Shown: piece after piece, positions 1-13,343 of the stretch
Layout: the number at the start of each line of letters is the position of its first letter
Numbering within the stretch: the first letter of the stretch is position 1
Source of the DNA: Botryllus schlosseri
Lineage: Eukaryota
Direction of reading: 5' to 3'
DNA length: 64,000 nucleotides
NCBI GenBank assembly: GCA_051294905.1
Contig: CM119372.1
Location: 36,024,001 to 36,088,000, forward strand
The notes under the pieces: model-generated
The model's input: only the letters and a program-made list of their open reading frames with translations
What the model was told of the DNA's origin: nothing
Databases searched by the model: none
Program-made: the position numbers and the translations under genes

Positions 1-554
1 GCCGCCGAATAGGAACTTTGATGTTGTTATACTGTTCTCTTCTTTCTTGTCCTTCAATTCAATGTAATGTATCATTTTTCGTTTCGTTATTTTGAACGGA
101 ACGGGCTCATCCACTTCCTTTGTAGAAGAGATCCCGAGAGCTTTGCGAGCTATTCTACGTGTAAGAGTCGTTTTTCCTGATCCTACAGGTGCGACGATAG
201 CAGTGACCCCAACTACATCATCCGGAGATAATTTAATATTGTTCGATATTGCTTCCATGACCTCTTCCATTGTGATCGATTTACATTCCTTATCGTGTTG
301 ACGGTAAAACCCGAAATCCTCGGTCAACTGATTTCGAAAATCTTTTCTTCTAATTCTGGTTTGGGCATCAAAATGATTTTCCATGCGAAAACGACCTTTG
401 TAATAATCGTCAACATCAACTTTTTTCATCCGAGGGAAAACTTCGAAATCCGGTTCATGAAGAATTTCATTCTTGAAGTCTTCGCGAATGCCAATGGCCG
501 TTTCTTGCCGAGTATGATGGTTAACAATCGCTATCAATTCGCCGTAGTTTACGC
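1..554 (-). CDS. Large exon of a NACHT/NLR-like P-loop NTPase gene (continues off the left edge)
   Basis: Acceptor tttttacag|GC at 554, then an open frame to base 1: ..VNYGELIAIVNHHTRQETAIGIREDFKNEILHEPDFEVFPRMKK...VVGVTAIVAPVGSGKTTLTRRIARKALG...MIHYIELKD...SKFLFGG. A hydrophobic strand, Walker A (GSGKTT) and following helix resemble NACHT/STAND NTPases. Absent from the ORF track because there is no stop codon in the window. Confidence 0.8.
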
Positions 555-636
555 CTGTAAAAAGTCCGACAATTATTAGATGTGCTGCTAAAACAAAAAA
601 GCGGATACATTAAAACTGATTTGACGTACTGCCAGA

Positions 637-1892
637 CAGGACTTTGGAGCCGGAGCCGGATCCCGAAGCCGGAGCCCCGGAGCCGTGCATTTTCACCGGA
701 GCTGGAGCCGGAGCTCTACATATAATTCAGCCGGAGCCGGAGCTGGAGCCCGTTATTTGAGGAGTAGCTCCGGCTCCGACGTATTTCATAAGATGCTAGG
801 CTATATATGCAACTACCACATCTGCTGATTTATCATAATTGAACAGCAGGCCTGAATTTTATTGCTGTGTACAGCAATGGCAGCCTGTGTGCGTTCTAGT
901 GGAACTAGTTACCAACCATTGACAAGTATTCATTAAGATGTCACAAGCCAAGATGTCACCAAAGTCTTCGTTGCTACATCGGATGTTACTGTCGGTTGAC
1001 AAATTCTAGATTACTATAGATAACTAACATATGTGTAGATAAGTAATCTATATAGACCAGAATGGCCTTTTCGGCTAAAGGGACACATGCTATTGACGAA
1101 CGAGTGCGCGGTCCACTAGCCACGCGAAGAGGGTAAAATTTTCAAAGTTTATAAATAAACAAGGTCAATAATATTATTACTTGAGTATATTGCGGGTCTG
1201 CTGTATACCGCCCGCTAGGCTTAGCTTGCAAGGACACGACTATTCGGCGTCTGGCCACATCGATATCGAAGGTCTCCGATAACGTGCGACAATGATTTTG
1301 TGCCTACATTTCATCATCATCATTTCATCTTCATGCGAGCGTAAACGCGAAAAGACTTTCTCCCGTAATTGCGAATACAGTTAGACTCAATCGGGTAAAT
1401 TAGGCTTTTTTTCATTTTTGGTAGGGGGTAGGCAACCAAGCAAGAAATTGTGTGACAATTGAACACGCGAAGCGTGAAGAATTTCACTACTATTTTAGTT
1501 TATTGTGATGTAAGACGATATACTGAAAATGTGACTGTACCATGGATCTGCCAATGCGTCGGAACTGATATTTTGGTCATCAACATCCCAAGTGTCGCAG
1601 TCATACTTCTAATTTTTGGCTGGCATTGCAAGTTCACAATCTGAGCAATTCATTTTCGATAATATAATAAGAAAATACCTCGCAGGCCACGCAAAACTTT
1701 CTCGCGGGCCACATTCGACCCGTGGGTGGGCAACCCCTGATATAGAAAGGCCCATTCGATAATTTCAGAGCCGGAGCTGGAGCAGTGGTAATAATGCGGG
1801 TCCGGAGCTGGAGTCGGAGCTAATGTATGATAGAAGAAAGCTCCGAAGCCGGATCTGGAGCAGTTTAAATTTACGGCTGCTCCAAAGCCGTG
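637..1892. mobile_element. hAT-type MITE with GGAGCC subterminal repeats
   Basis: Ends CAGGACTTTGGAGC / GCTCCAAAGCCGTG; 8-bp TSD ctgccaga (629-636) / ctgtcaga (1893-1900). A related fragment starts near 18496. Confidence 0.75.
1058..1739. mobile_element. Degenerate Charlie/Buster-type hAT MITE nested in the 637-1892 element
   Basis: Right end GGGCAACCCCTG; left end decayed; TSD atatagac / atatagaa; internal GCGGGCC motifs. Confidence 0.55.
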
Positions 1893-1991
1893 CTGTCAGA
1901 TCAGTAACACATTTTCGGGGCGCTATCTGAAAGTTGCTACCAAAAAATTGATTTCGGCTTACCGCCCGTAACATAGATGATAACACAACAC

Positions 1992-2396
1992 TGGGGTTAC
2001 CATACGTCCTCTTTTAAGAGTATTTGTCCTCATTATTGACTTATTTGAAAGTATCATCGGAGTACGCCTTAATGTCCTCTTTTTTTAAAAAAATTGTCCT
2101 ATTTTTGAGAATCTTGGTTAAATATATGGCAAAATCGACATAGAGTAAATCAGCAATGAAGTAACGCTGCGCCGGGTATTTCCGGAGCTAGGCCGGAAAA
2201 CTGACTTTTTCAAGTCAACCACCTGATAATGTGACAGAAAAAATGTATTTTGGGCGATGAGCGTGAAAGATGCTCATTTTTTATTTTAGTCAACCGACCA
2301 CGATTTACCATTTTTTAAAGATTATCCTCCGGTTTTGGTAGTCTGAAAAGTTTCAAAACGTGTCCTTATATCAGATTTTCGAAATATGGTAGCTCA
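1992..2396. mobile_element. hAT MITE (GGGTTACCATA ends)
   Basis: Ends TGGGGTTACCATA / TATGGTAGCTCA; perfect TSD cacaacac (1984-1991, 2397-2404). An inverted relative lies at 10081-10505. Confidence 0.75.
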
Positions 2397-4549
2397 CACA
2401 ACACTGACTGGGGAAATATGATTGCAGGGGCACATAGTCGCATCGTATAAGTATTGTTGGTTAGCGCTCGCTTTGCAGACCAAATAACCAGTCGGTATCA
2501 GTACCAATATTGATACGCCACAGAGTTTCATCTCGGAATTGCGTACCAATGAACGTATGAGTGCTGTCACATCCTTGAGTGTCTTGACGTCGGCTTTCTC
2601 TCATTGCGATCAAAAGATATTGCATTGAGATGGCGAAATGCACCAGTGTATCGTTATCGCAGCCACCCCCACCGAAAACCGCGCAAATTTGAAGGGAAAT
2701 AATGTAACGGGTCGCAATCAATCTCTCAAATTGGGTAATGATCTTTGCAGTAAAATGTTGCAGTTAAATATTGCAGAAGTTTGCAGAAAAAAACTGAGTT
2801 TTCCCGGACAGGTTCATCAAACATGGAAAAGATTTATTGCACTAGTCGCGATCTATGCTTTTGCGAAAGTTCTTGATAAATGCAGGAAAGGAATTACATT
2901 AGTTTTCACTGATAACCACAAAAAGATCCCCGCAATCGAGCAAAACAGACGGGCTAGAGCTTTTTTGAGGTACAAAACTCCAATATACAATTGAATGGTG
3001 TATTCATATTAAAATAAACCCGACTATCGTCGGCTGACACTCGTCAGGGGTATTCGTCAGCAACTAGTTGAGAATTGGAAAGAACATATTATATCAGCAA
3101 TCGTATCGCAATTTCAACAATATATCACACGGCATTCACCATACATTAATGTTGACAACATCAGTCGCACGGCACGCTTTGATTGGTGAAGTTGAGAAGT
3201 TGCTATACTTTTGCTCTTGAACTGCCAAAGTTTCTACGGGTGGGATTTCGAAGCAAATAGTCTGGGAGCCGACGGCCTAAGTCCGTGCTCATAGGGTCTT
3301 GGAAGGTTTGAAGGTCGGAATTGAAAGTATAAAATGCACTGATCACAAATCTTAACGTCAGCCGTTACCGCTCCGGGGGGTTTGGCTGTGAGGGGGCAGC
3401 AAAATTTTGCAAAAAACTGAAATTTCGACTCATAGGTACAGCGTCAGTTCCGATATTTTAAGGAATAGTACCCTTTCGCATAACACAATATATATGAACT
3501 GACGAATGATGGTGGTGGAAACGCGAGATACGGCCGTCTGAAAATCGACTGTCAGAAAAAGTTCTTGCCCCATTTTCAAATCGCTGCCAAAACGAGAGTA
3601 ATGTTGCAGCTGATAACAAGTTCAATCATGCTGGTAAATGCTAATAAATCCACCAGGTCGCAGTTGTGTTGCATTCATAAGTAATTAAATGAATATCGCG
3701 GAGAGAGAATGGAAGCAGACGAAGTGAATATAGGTAAAGATTATATGAAAATTACAGCTTATAGGGATTGATCATGTATAACCACAGTCATGCTCGTTGC
3801 TCATTTTGCGATAAAGTTATTCCCATACACAGCTATCGTGTATACAGGATTTGTATCAATTAGCATGAGGCGAGGCTCTTTAACTACGTTTGCTTTATAT
3901 GTCCGACGTATATGACAATATTGCTTTAAATTTAAGCCGCAAAACATTCTAAGATTAGCCCCCCCCCCATCATTTAACGATGGAAAATGGCCATGGGCTG
4001 GGCATTCAATCAGTACATAAGGTACGGTTGAAGATGGCCAATGTCCATGCGCATTGATACAACGAAGTGACTATGATGGATGTTGAAGTTGAGTACTTCT
4101 TGGTGAAGTGAAAGCACGGTTTATGCTATAGATTCTTGTTGAAGGAGGGGAGGCTTTTCTTCAAATCACCTCATTGCCATAGGCTACCTGAGTGAATACG
4201 ACTTTCCGATATACATCGAGGCATCAGACGACTTACATATAATTTAGCCTACGTCGGTACCAAAAAGCATTTGTGCTTTCAGGTTATTTTGCATCCACTG
4301 GGAAGGATTGATTTTATTCTTTCTCTAGAATGACGCTCCATAGCGTCACCTGGTAACGCAATATGCATTGGCAATTCTCCATGTCAGTGCATGGTTCCAA
4401 AACATTTCCAGAAATTTTGCCTGGAGGATCTTTTGCTATCATTTCGATCTTTTGTGGCCCTAAATTATGGAGCAAATCTATAGGGAAAATGTGAAAACCA
4501 CACCAACGAAATTATAAGCAACAGGTTTCAAATATTCAGTGTGCGTTTA

Positions 4550-4770
4550 TTAATGGCATGGGTGCAGTTGTGTTGCTGCAATGAAGTCATCAGCAGTCTT
4601 TGGTTCGGTTTTCGATAGCGAATCTCTCATGTCGTCTGCTATATACAGTTGGTTTCTTTATTCGTGTTTGATAAATAGGCTTTGATTTGAAGAGGATCTC
4701 ACGTTAGTAGTTGGCTACAAAAGAAACGCGAACTTTCCTAGCCACCTTTGAAATATTTGGACAGGGCCAA
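4550..4770 (-). pseudogene. Fossil C-terminus of a Buster/Charlie hAT transposase
   Basis: Broken frames read PNISKVARKVRVSFVANY*RE... and RNQLYIADDMRDSLSKTEP...TQLHPCH*, matching the Buster YP..SK.A.K.L.PF.TTYLCE and R.RL...DD.R..LS...P....Q.H.SH ending. Confidence 0.6.
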
Positions 4771-6309
4771 CTGTCCCATTTCTATGTAAATCTTCCCACT
4801 TCATAGTAAATAGGGTGGTAATAAAATGGTGCAATTTGTCAATTGACTTTGATTTTTTCGCTGTTTTCACCATGGAGCAGTTGAGAATATAAGACGCTTA
4901 CTAAAAGACAATGCTAACAAGACACACCTCTTTTCGGTTACTACCCATGTTACCTCAGTACGGGCAGTGACGCGTGTTTGCGGGGATATCTAGAAGTAGA
5001 ACCTACCAAAAGTATGGGAACCCTCGACAAGTTCTATTTTTGGAAGCTATAATTACTTGAGTAGCTATCAGACTGTTCATTCTTTTCATACACTTGAAAT
5101 AGTCTTGACACGTCTGGGAAATTGCTATAGGTATACCTCTACTTGAAATTGAGCAGAAATCCATGGAATTACTGTCTACTTGAGTAGCGAAGCTGAACAC
5201 TTTCACTGGTGGTGTTGCATCAAATCGTTTGTCGACCAATCGATATTCAATAAGTCCAGGGTTATTCATTGACTCTTGTATATCCAGTTGATACAGCGCG
5301 GTTAACTGTCGATATTCGTCAAGTGCATATAAATTAGGCAGAAAATCGATTATTCACCTTCTCCAGGCGTGGCTGGTAATACTTCTTCGATAAATACTTA
5401 CAACTGAGCGAGTCAGCATTGACTCATTTCCCTTATTTTAAAATCAAAACTGTTGACCCAATTGACATCGGATGCTTACATGTAGGCTATCCAGATATCC
5501 CATAAAAATACGTAATTTATTGTATGGAAATCGACAGGAAAACACCACAAGATAGAGTATAGTTATGCTAAACCAATACGTTAGATTTAACGTTATACAG
5601 ATAGAGTTTCAAACATACGGCCAGTCAAACGATTTCATCCGATCCGCGAAGCAATTCCGAGTAGATTGAAAAATCTCTGTATTATCCATCACATTCGTAA
5701 GAAATATTGAGGATTTTAGTAAAAAATACTTCCATTAATTAATCCCTCAAGACAGCAGATGTAGAGTATGCTGATGTTCAATTGTTCATCGACCACATTA
5801 TACCCAATCGATTACGGTGATGTGGTTTCACTCTAGTCACAAGCTGCAGATATTGACAGCCAATTCCGAGAAGGAAAAATGTGCTTTCCGATCTCAGAGT
5901 TTTATCGAAAAATTGACCAGAAGTAAAAAGGCCAGTGCGAAACTGTCATAGGCGGAGAATATAATAGTCACAAATAATTATAATTCAAATATCTGTGGTC
6001 GTACTGCTACATCAATTCTGACTCAAAAGGTCCCCGCGGCTTCATCGAGAGAAACTGGAATTGCGATTTAATAATAATCAATTCCAACGTCCGCGGTAAC
6101 AGTTAAATCTGTTCTAGTAATATAAATTCATACGCAGGGTTGACGCCAGTATACAACTAAATAAAGGGATCATAGAAATGACAAATTATATCATAGCTAT
6201 AGCCACTGTTTTAACAATTTATAACTGGACGTATTCAACCTGCCGATCACCGCATTATTGACAATTCCATTGTTCACGAATTAAGAAGTAACTAGAATTT
6301 ATTCTAAAT

Positions 6310-6639
6310 CAGCGGTTCTCAACCTTTTTTTTTAACACGGCCCCCTTTTTCATAATGAAAAATTTCGCACCCCACCCCCCTTATCGTCATATCACAAAAT
6401 CCAACTGGGATGCTAGCAACCCTAATAGATTGTTTGGTGGCATGGTCGGTTATGAATGTTGATGAGAGAATAGAAAAATACGAAATTTGATCCATATAGA
6501 GAGAAGGACGCGTGTATTGGAGGTAAATCACGCGGAGTGCGCAATTTTTCTCCAGGTGACAGCTTCTTCTCGCCCCCTCCAGATGTTTCACGACCCCCCG
6601 CATCCCAGGGGGCCCCGCTGCCTAGGTTGAGAACCCCTG
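6310..6639. mobile_element. Charlie/Buster-type hAT MITE
   Basis: Ends CAGCGGTTCTCAACC / GGTTGAGAACCCCTG; perfect TSD ttctaaat. Partial relatives near 19295-19580 and 38491-38700. Confidence 0.85.
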
Positions 6640-7544
6640 TTCTAAATGAATAGGCATTACTGGTCAGCCTTCAGGTTTAGGATTACCGGACTATGACCTT
6701 ACATATCGATCTCGCCTTCCTCTGCATGTCACCTCAATTTTTCCCTTGCCTTTTATATTCTATGCTATGCTTTTCATTCATTTTCATCTATAACTTCATC
6801 GCATAAATGACTGTGAATATTTGTTCAATCCCAAAAGCTGTAATTTTCACAAAATCTTTTGCTCTATTTAATTTGTCAGATCCATTCTCTCTGACCAATA
6901 TTCATTTTAATTACTTATGAATGCGAAATCTCGGTGACATGGTAAATATATTGGCATTTCACCACGATTGAACCTATTATCAGCTGCCACATTACTCTCG
7001 TTTAGGCCGAGCTTTATAAAATGTGGCAAGAAGTTTTTCCGAAAGTCGATCTTCCGACGGCCGTATCTCGCGTTTCCACCACTATCATTCGTCAGTTCAT
7101 ATATATTGTGTTATGCGAAAGGGTACTGTTCCTTAAAATATCGGAACTGACGCTGTACCTATGAGTCAAAATTTCAGTTTGTTTGCAAAATTTTGCTGCC
7201 CCCTCACAGCCAAACCCCCCGGAGCGGTAACGGCTGACGCTAAGATTTGTAATCAGCGCATTCTATACTTTCGATCCCGACCTTCAATCCTTCTAAGAAC
7301 CTATGAGCACGCACTTCGGCCGTAAATTCTCGGTCTAAAAGTATCACCAATATAACTTCAGATTTCAAAAATGTTCTATCATAAGTGCGATGACACTCGT
7401 AAATTGTAAGTGGTGTTTTTGGTGTTACATGAATGAAAAATTATTTGCGGCTCACGTTTCGTTTTATGCGATGACAAATAAGTTACATTGGATCATTGTA
7501 GGTTGATGATGCGCAATCGGAAATAACCAGAGAGATGAACTCAC

Positions 7545-7670
7545 AATCACCTTGATTTCGTGCCGATTGCCCGACAATAGTGACGTTGTTATTATTCCCA
7601 GCTACAACAGTTATCTGGCTGCTCACAAACTTCTGATTCACAGAGTCTCCTTCAGCTAAGGTCGCAGATC
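7545..7670 (-). CDS. NLR-like gene exon carrying RHIM-like motif copy 2
   Basis: tttttttgaag|...|gtgagt; 126 nt, phase 1-1; GSATLAEGDSVNQKFVSSQITVVAGNNNNVTIVGQSARNQGD. Splices in frame onto the 554 exon (T|GC = Cys). Paralogous to 16991-17137. Confidence 0.7.
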
Positions 7671-7695
7671 CTTCAAAAAAAGTAATAAGTTAGAC

Positions 7696-9247
7696 CAGGG
7701 GTCACCAACACGCGGCCCGCGAGTTCATATTTTGCGGCCCGCGACCTGATTTGGAAAAAATTCGGAAGAACGCTTAGTAAAGCATTTTGAAATGCTGAAC
7801 TTGATATTGTTGTTTTTGTTTAAAATAAGCCATTCTACTGTACTCTATATCGCTATTCCTCAGTAGCTGATACGGCTTCAGCATCGTAATATCATTCTAT
7901 GGAGGAGGAATTTGCTAGTATAAATGGGCATTGGGTATATTGCCTTGATGTGCAATAGCCTACCAGTACCAAGACCGAGACGCTTGAAAACGACTCCTGT
8001 TTCTCCAAAATACAATGCTTCACGAGGATATCGTTTTCCAGCAATTAGGCTACCGTGTCTAGCTAACGCCAATATCGATTCTTTAATCCAGGGGTGGCCG
8101 ATCTGCGGCAGCAGAAAGAAAATTATGCGTCCGTCGACACTTAATTCAATTAGGATGTTTTGGCGGCCGTCAATATATGCAATTGAATTTACAAATTGAC
8201 TCATTGATTAATGAAAGGTTTGGATTATTCTTGAAATTTTCTTCGCGCTGCGCGCAGTTCCATGCGTGTTGATTTTCGATTTTAATATAGTATAGTGTCC
8301 TTTGTAATCATACAGTACAGATGCATGCGCAGGCATGACGCATGCGCCCCATAAAGAAATACAAAATTTTTAATCGTGTTCTCCTCATCATGAATGAAAT
8401 TTCTTTCTGGTATAAGCCTGCATTTGAGGAATCAAATGGGCCATATCTCCACTATACCGACAACTCTGATGGGAGGTCAAGAAATAATTGCATGCAACAA
8501 AGGGGACTAATGAGAATTGGCCCAACAAAAGATGCAGCACAGCATTAATAACTTCCCATTCGCTTTTTCGAAGACACGCTCTGCAATAGGTCTACCGGTG
8601 AATTGGATCACATTGGCCGAAAAAGGATAAATATTTGATTGTAATATGTGAAACTATAGTAATATTAGATAAAGAAATTCACTCACGAACATGAAAATTT
8701 TTTCGCGCTTGGCGCGACCACGGAACGAATCCCTGTGGCTCTTCATAATATGATTACTAACGATTTCGCTGCGCATAGTAGCCGATATGCGTAAATATAT
8801 TAGTCCGGATGGTACCAGCAATGGGTATGGGCAGTTTAACGTGGCTATTTCGCCCCAGTTAGGTCATTCTGACTATTAAACGGAATGCGGCCGCAGGCTA
8901 CATGAGTAATTGCAATACGGCCGTGAATAACAATTAGGTTGGCCAGTCCAGACTTAGCTGCTACAGAGCGTTGTCAGGTATGGGACACAGGTCATAGTTG
9001 AAAATATAATGAAGTTTATTATGATGACATTTTTGTTGTATTTGTGTTTGTTCAATAAAATATTGCCTCTTTTGTAGTGAATATGCCCGTCGCCCATGTT
9101 AAAGAGCATAACATTGTAATAACGTAGAGTTATCAGACGTGGCTGACTGTGTTGCCTACTTCAATCTCGATATTGATGTCATGCGACCCGCGGTCTCTAG
9201 GAATTTTGAAAAGTGGTCCGCGACCCATTTTGAGTTGGCGACCCCTG
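7696..9247. mobile_element. Charlie/Buster-type hAT non-autonomous element, probably with a second degenerate copy nested at ~8089-8951
   Basis: Ends CAGGGGTCACCAAC / GTTGGCGACCCCTG; perfect TSD agttagac (7688-7695, 9248-9255). Confidence 0.85.
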
Positions 9248-9488
9248 AGTTAGACCCTGTTAGATTGCTTATTAGGATGATGGATACGAAATTGAAGCTC
9301 TCACGTCTCCCTGGTGCATTCGCATTATGCCTGATATCATCAGACGCCCTGCAGATCCATGTTTTATTACTTCAACATTGATCGCAGGGGCCTCAAACGT
9401 CCGGCCCGACGTAAGGATCCGGCCAAGAAGCAATGGTAAGGCTTAATAATGCACATTTCTATAGAATGCGGGCATAAGATATACTTAC

Positions 9489-9792
9489 CTTGATCTGTGG
9501 ATAATCCTAGAATTATCATCTGAAAACGCAAACACCTCCGCTTCTACGGGTTGTAATTGAGTCAAATTTGTTTTGCATCGTTTTTGAAGACAGCTCAACA
9601 ATTTCATGGGGTTGATAGAAATATTTGACCAAAAAATATTTGTCTTTGTCAGTAAATTCAAAATTTACAAATTGTAAGAAATACGCGATTGCCGGTTGAA
9701 ATGAATTCAAATTAGGTGAGCGTCGTTTTCAAGGCAACCTAACGATTTAGTCGCCTAATACGCAAGATTCAGGATTTTTTTGAACAGCCCTA
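9489..9792. mobile_element. Half copy of the TAGGGCTGTTC foldback MITE family
   Basis: Ends TTTTGAACAGCCCTA and aligns by eye to one arm of 62606-63222. Confidence 0.6.
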
Positions 9793-10080
9793 ATAATACC
9801 CACTGTCATGTGTGAGAGGCCAACGTGTAAGTGCGGGGCATGTGAGGCAGACTGTCTATTTGATTTTGAACATGTTAACTACCAAAATCACGCAATTTGC
9901 CTATTTTTATGTTTGAAAATAAAGCGTGAAAAGAAAGGTAAGGAGTATGCGAGGCACGGCCGTGATAGCGCAATTCATCGTAAAAATCTTAGAATTTATA
10001 ATTACTGATATTAATTGAATGTAAATATCGCACTGGTTCTGATTTGACTTCTAAATTCTCAAGGTATTCTGCGGTAACAT

Positions 10081-10505
10081 TCGGGTTACCATATTTTGGA
10101 AATATGAAAAGAGGGCAATTTTTCAAAATTTTAACACTTGCAAAACCGGAGGAAAATCTTGAAAAAATGGTCAACTTTTCACACTTCGTGGTAGGTTGAC
10201 AAAAAAATAAGGTCAACTTTCTGGGTCAACTCCCGAAAATACATTTTTCTTTCACATCATCAGGTAGGTCTAGCTGACTAAACAACAGGTGAACTTCCCG
10301 GCCCATCTCCCGAAATAGCCGCCGGTGCGTTACTACAGTGCTGACTCATTGTGCATCTGTCGCATTTGCCTGTATATCTGACCGAAATTCTGAAAAAAGA
10401 GGACGAAGTCTCAAAAAGAGGACATTTGGGCTTCATCCGAAGACAATTTCCAAAAAGTCAAAAAAGAGGACAAATCCATTTAAAATAGGACGTATGGTAA
10501 CCATA
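10081..10505. mobile_element. hAT MITE, inverted relative of 1992-2396
   Basis: Ends TCGGGTTACCATA / TATGGTAACCATA; TSD ggtaacat / gttaacat. Confidence 0.7.
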
Positions 10506-11738
10506 GTTAACATAAAGTCGAGCCACGCCCCTACATTTAACAGCGACTACAAAGCTACGTTGGCAATCACGAACGTATATAGCTATGACGTTGTTTGTGC
10601 TTTGAATTTGTAATTGTGAATGCCCCTTCCACCCACGGTATTTCATTTCTCGCTGCAGATCAGGAAGACAATGTGTATTATTTGAAAACTGCATTGTGAT
10701 ACAGGCGCCACCGTGTCTCCTATAGTCTCTCTAATCTATCAATGTATCGTGCAATCCGAGATTTCGGGCCGGGCATATTCGAATTCGGGAGTGATATTGG
10801 TCGCCGGCGCAACAGCAACTAAAATTTGAGGATTTTGAAAAAGGGGCCTGAGCCTCGAACCCCGAATACGCCACTCTATAAATCTTGCAAATCCATGTTT
10901 ATACTACCACAAGAATAATTATACTTGTCGTGATGGAGATTTAAAAGCAAGTCGCTGCAATATTAATACATTAGGCATAAAAATAAATTTTTGAAAAGAG
11001 TCATATCCTATGTCCAACGGAGCCATATATTGCTCGCGAGCCCTAAGTTCCCGACCACTGATCTATACGTTGCGTCTTTATATTTCAGTCAGAACGAAAC
11101 CCATTAAGAAACAAATCAACATAAAATTTTGATTGTATATATCATGGAATGGGATTTCGAAGGACTCATCCAAACATTTTCATGAAAACGGCGTTCCAAA
11201 AAAGGGGCATTGCTAAACCAATCACGTGCCATTCTACTGCAAAACGATTGCTTGGTTTATGGCTTACAAATGCATTAATTACCCACCTATATTTTTTAGT
11301 GCACATCTTAAGAAGTATTATTGAAGTATAAGTTGAGTTCCAGACAATGTGCTCATGAGTTGCTTTGAAACTTATCGAATAACTTTAGCCAGACATAACC
11401 CCCAGTTCATATGTGAACAATACCCTATTAAACGGCAATACCATGCTTGATTTCATGGACACGGCCACAAAATGTGCTTATTTATCAGAACGCTGAACAA
11501 CAGATCGCTCTTTAGTGGCATCTGCTTGTCTCGCGGCACAAATAATAATCTCGTGGCACCAAGTTGGGGAATCACTGATCTAGATGCTCACGTAAGTATC
11601 GTCCGTGACCACTTTTGTCCCCCATCTCGCCACTCGTTCCGCTAAGATTTCTACACTCGATCCTTTAAATACCACGCCCTAATGCTACGTCTTCCTATCT
11701 CAGCTATAGAGACTTACTCAGACAAGTTGACTCATAAG

Positions 11739-13343
11739 CAGGCCTGTTTATTTTTGGATGTTGGGTTTTATTTTTGGAGATTCTCCAAAAATAAGATTTG
11801 AAAACATCCAAAAATAAGATTTTTTTGGATGATGTTTTTCAGTGAAATATACAAGTCAGAGCGATGTAAACGATTAGAAAACGCACAAAAACACACAAAA
11901 CAGCATCTATGTGAGGGAAGGGGTCACCGAAACGCTAAAACTACTTCGACTCAATCCACTTCACGTTTCTGCTGACCTTGCCTGCCTGCCCGCCCCTCTG
12001 CCTTTGTACTCCTATAAGTTTCACAGTGCGACACGTAGAGAAGACGGGAAGGCAGCTTAAGTGAGGCAAAGGGAACGGCGAAATCATATACAGCCATCTC
12101 TGTCACAATCACTTCGTCCACACGATGACGGGACTCATCTGCTGATGCTTCAGACGGCAACACAACTTGATCCAGAGTAGATGGATCGACGAGCATGTCC
12201 ACATTCAAGTTGAAATACAAGCAATGACTACTAAATAAATACAGTCCATCCTCAAGATTACCGGACCACGACTGACCTATCGATCTCGTTTCCCATGACA
12301 TGCCGCCCTATTTCTTGTCGCTTCCTTTTTCTATACTATCTTCTTTACTTTCATTCAGTGTGCATGCCTCCTCTTTACATCGCCTAGGCCAAGGTGGGTG
12401 TCAGATTCCACAGACTACTCCTTGTCGCTTCGACATCTTCCTGTCTTTTCATTGTATCGCATTTTTTGTGGTGTATTGAACTGATAAAATTGCTAATAAA
12501 CCAATGATGATGATGATGATGGAAAGCGTGCGACCCAAGTTTGTTGACGCTCGTTTATTGTCAATGAAGAGGGTGGCCTCTTGGTTGACTGGAAACCGTA
12601 CCAAACTCCTTGATGTTATGGACGAAAACAGTCCGGCGTGTGCAACTTCGCTGCTGTGGTGGATCCATCTGATCGTTCTCGATCGCATGGTCACGCTCGC
12701 ACATAGCTGAGCACCACCGTCACGAAGCTTCATGGTCTTGATGTTCTGATCATGGAGCAGCAGGAGCTCATGTGCCTGGTCGAACGCCTGTGTCCAGATG
12801 AGGACTGGGACGAGGACCGCCACAAGGAAGGTTTTCTGGTCAGAGGGTGTTGGGCTGTCAAAGTTCAATGAGGCACGCAACTTCGTGGAGGATCAGACGT
12901 TTCAAGCGCATTACTGACGAGCGCTTTTCAGGAGCAAAGGCTTGGAAGATTGGAAAGTTTGAAGAGCTAGACATTCCTCCATTTTTGGACCCCTAACCTC
13001 GATGTTTCCCACAATTGCGACGTTCGAGGCCGATATCTCGAAAATCAAGGGGGGGGGGACGTCTCGCAGTGATTAATATTCTCTAGAAGGCATCCTCCAG
13101 GCCAAAGACTAAATTTGTGAAGAATGTATTGGAAAGTTAGATCAAGATCACTGATGATATCTATGTGTTGGAGGACTTGAATACATGATAATAACATACT
13201 TTTGGTGGATTTTTTCAGTAGTAATAGGGCTCAAAACGCCTTCAATTCTTATTTTTGGAGATCCTCCAAAACTAAAATTTGAAAACATCCAAAAATAAGC
13301 TATTTTTGTTATTTTTGGAGAAATCCAAAAATAAACAGGCCTG
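11739..13343. mobile_element. hAT-like non-autonomous element with decayed internal coding-like sequence
   Basis: TIR CAGGCCTGTTTATTTTTGGA with repeated TTTTTGGA subterminal motifs; perfect TSD ctcataag (11731-11738, 13344-13351). Confidence 0.85.

Larger units (their letters stand above)
3258..7337. mobile_element. Non-autonomous DNA transposon with ~550-bp TIRs, Academ-like
   Basis: 3258-~3820 is an inverted copy of ~6790-7337. Termini TAG...CTA align in register; 3-bp flank aaa on both sides. No intact ORF; the superfamily is inferred from the ends only. Confidence 0.65.

Noticed and set aside
5003..6170. Captured host exons inside the long-TIR element
   Set aside because: The frames are stop-ridden and I could not assign any domain.
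9489..9494. 6-nt microexon (cacag|ATCAAG|gtaagt) on the minus strand
   Set aside because: It coincides with the breakpoint of a truncated MITE and has a poor pyrimidine tract; unsupported without RNA data.
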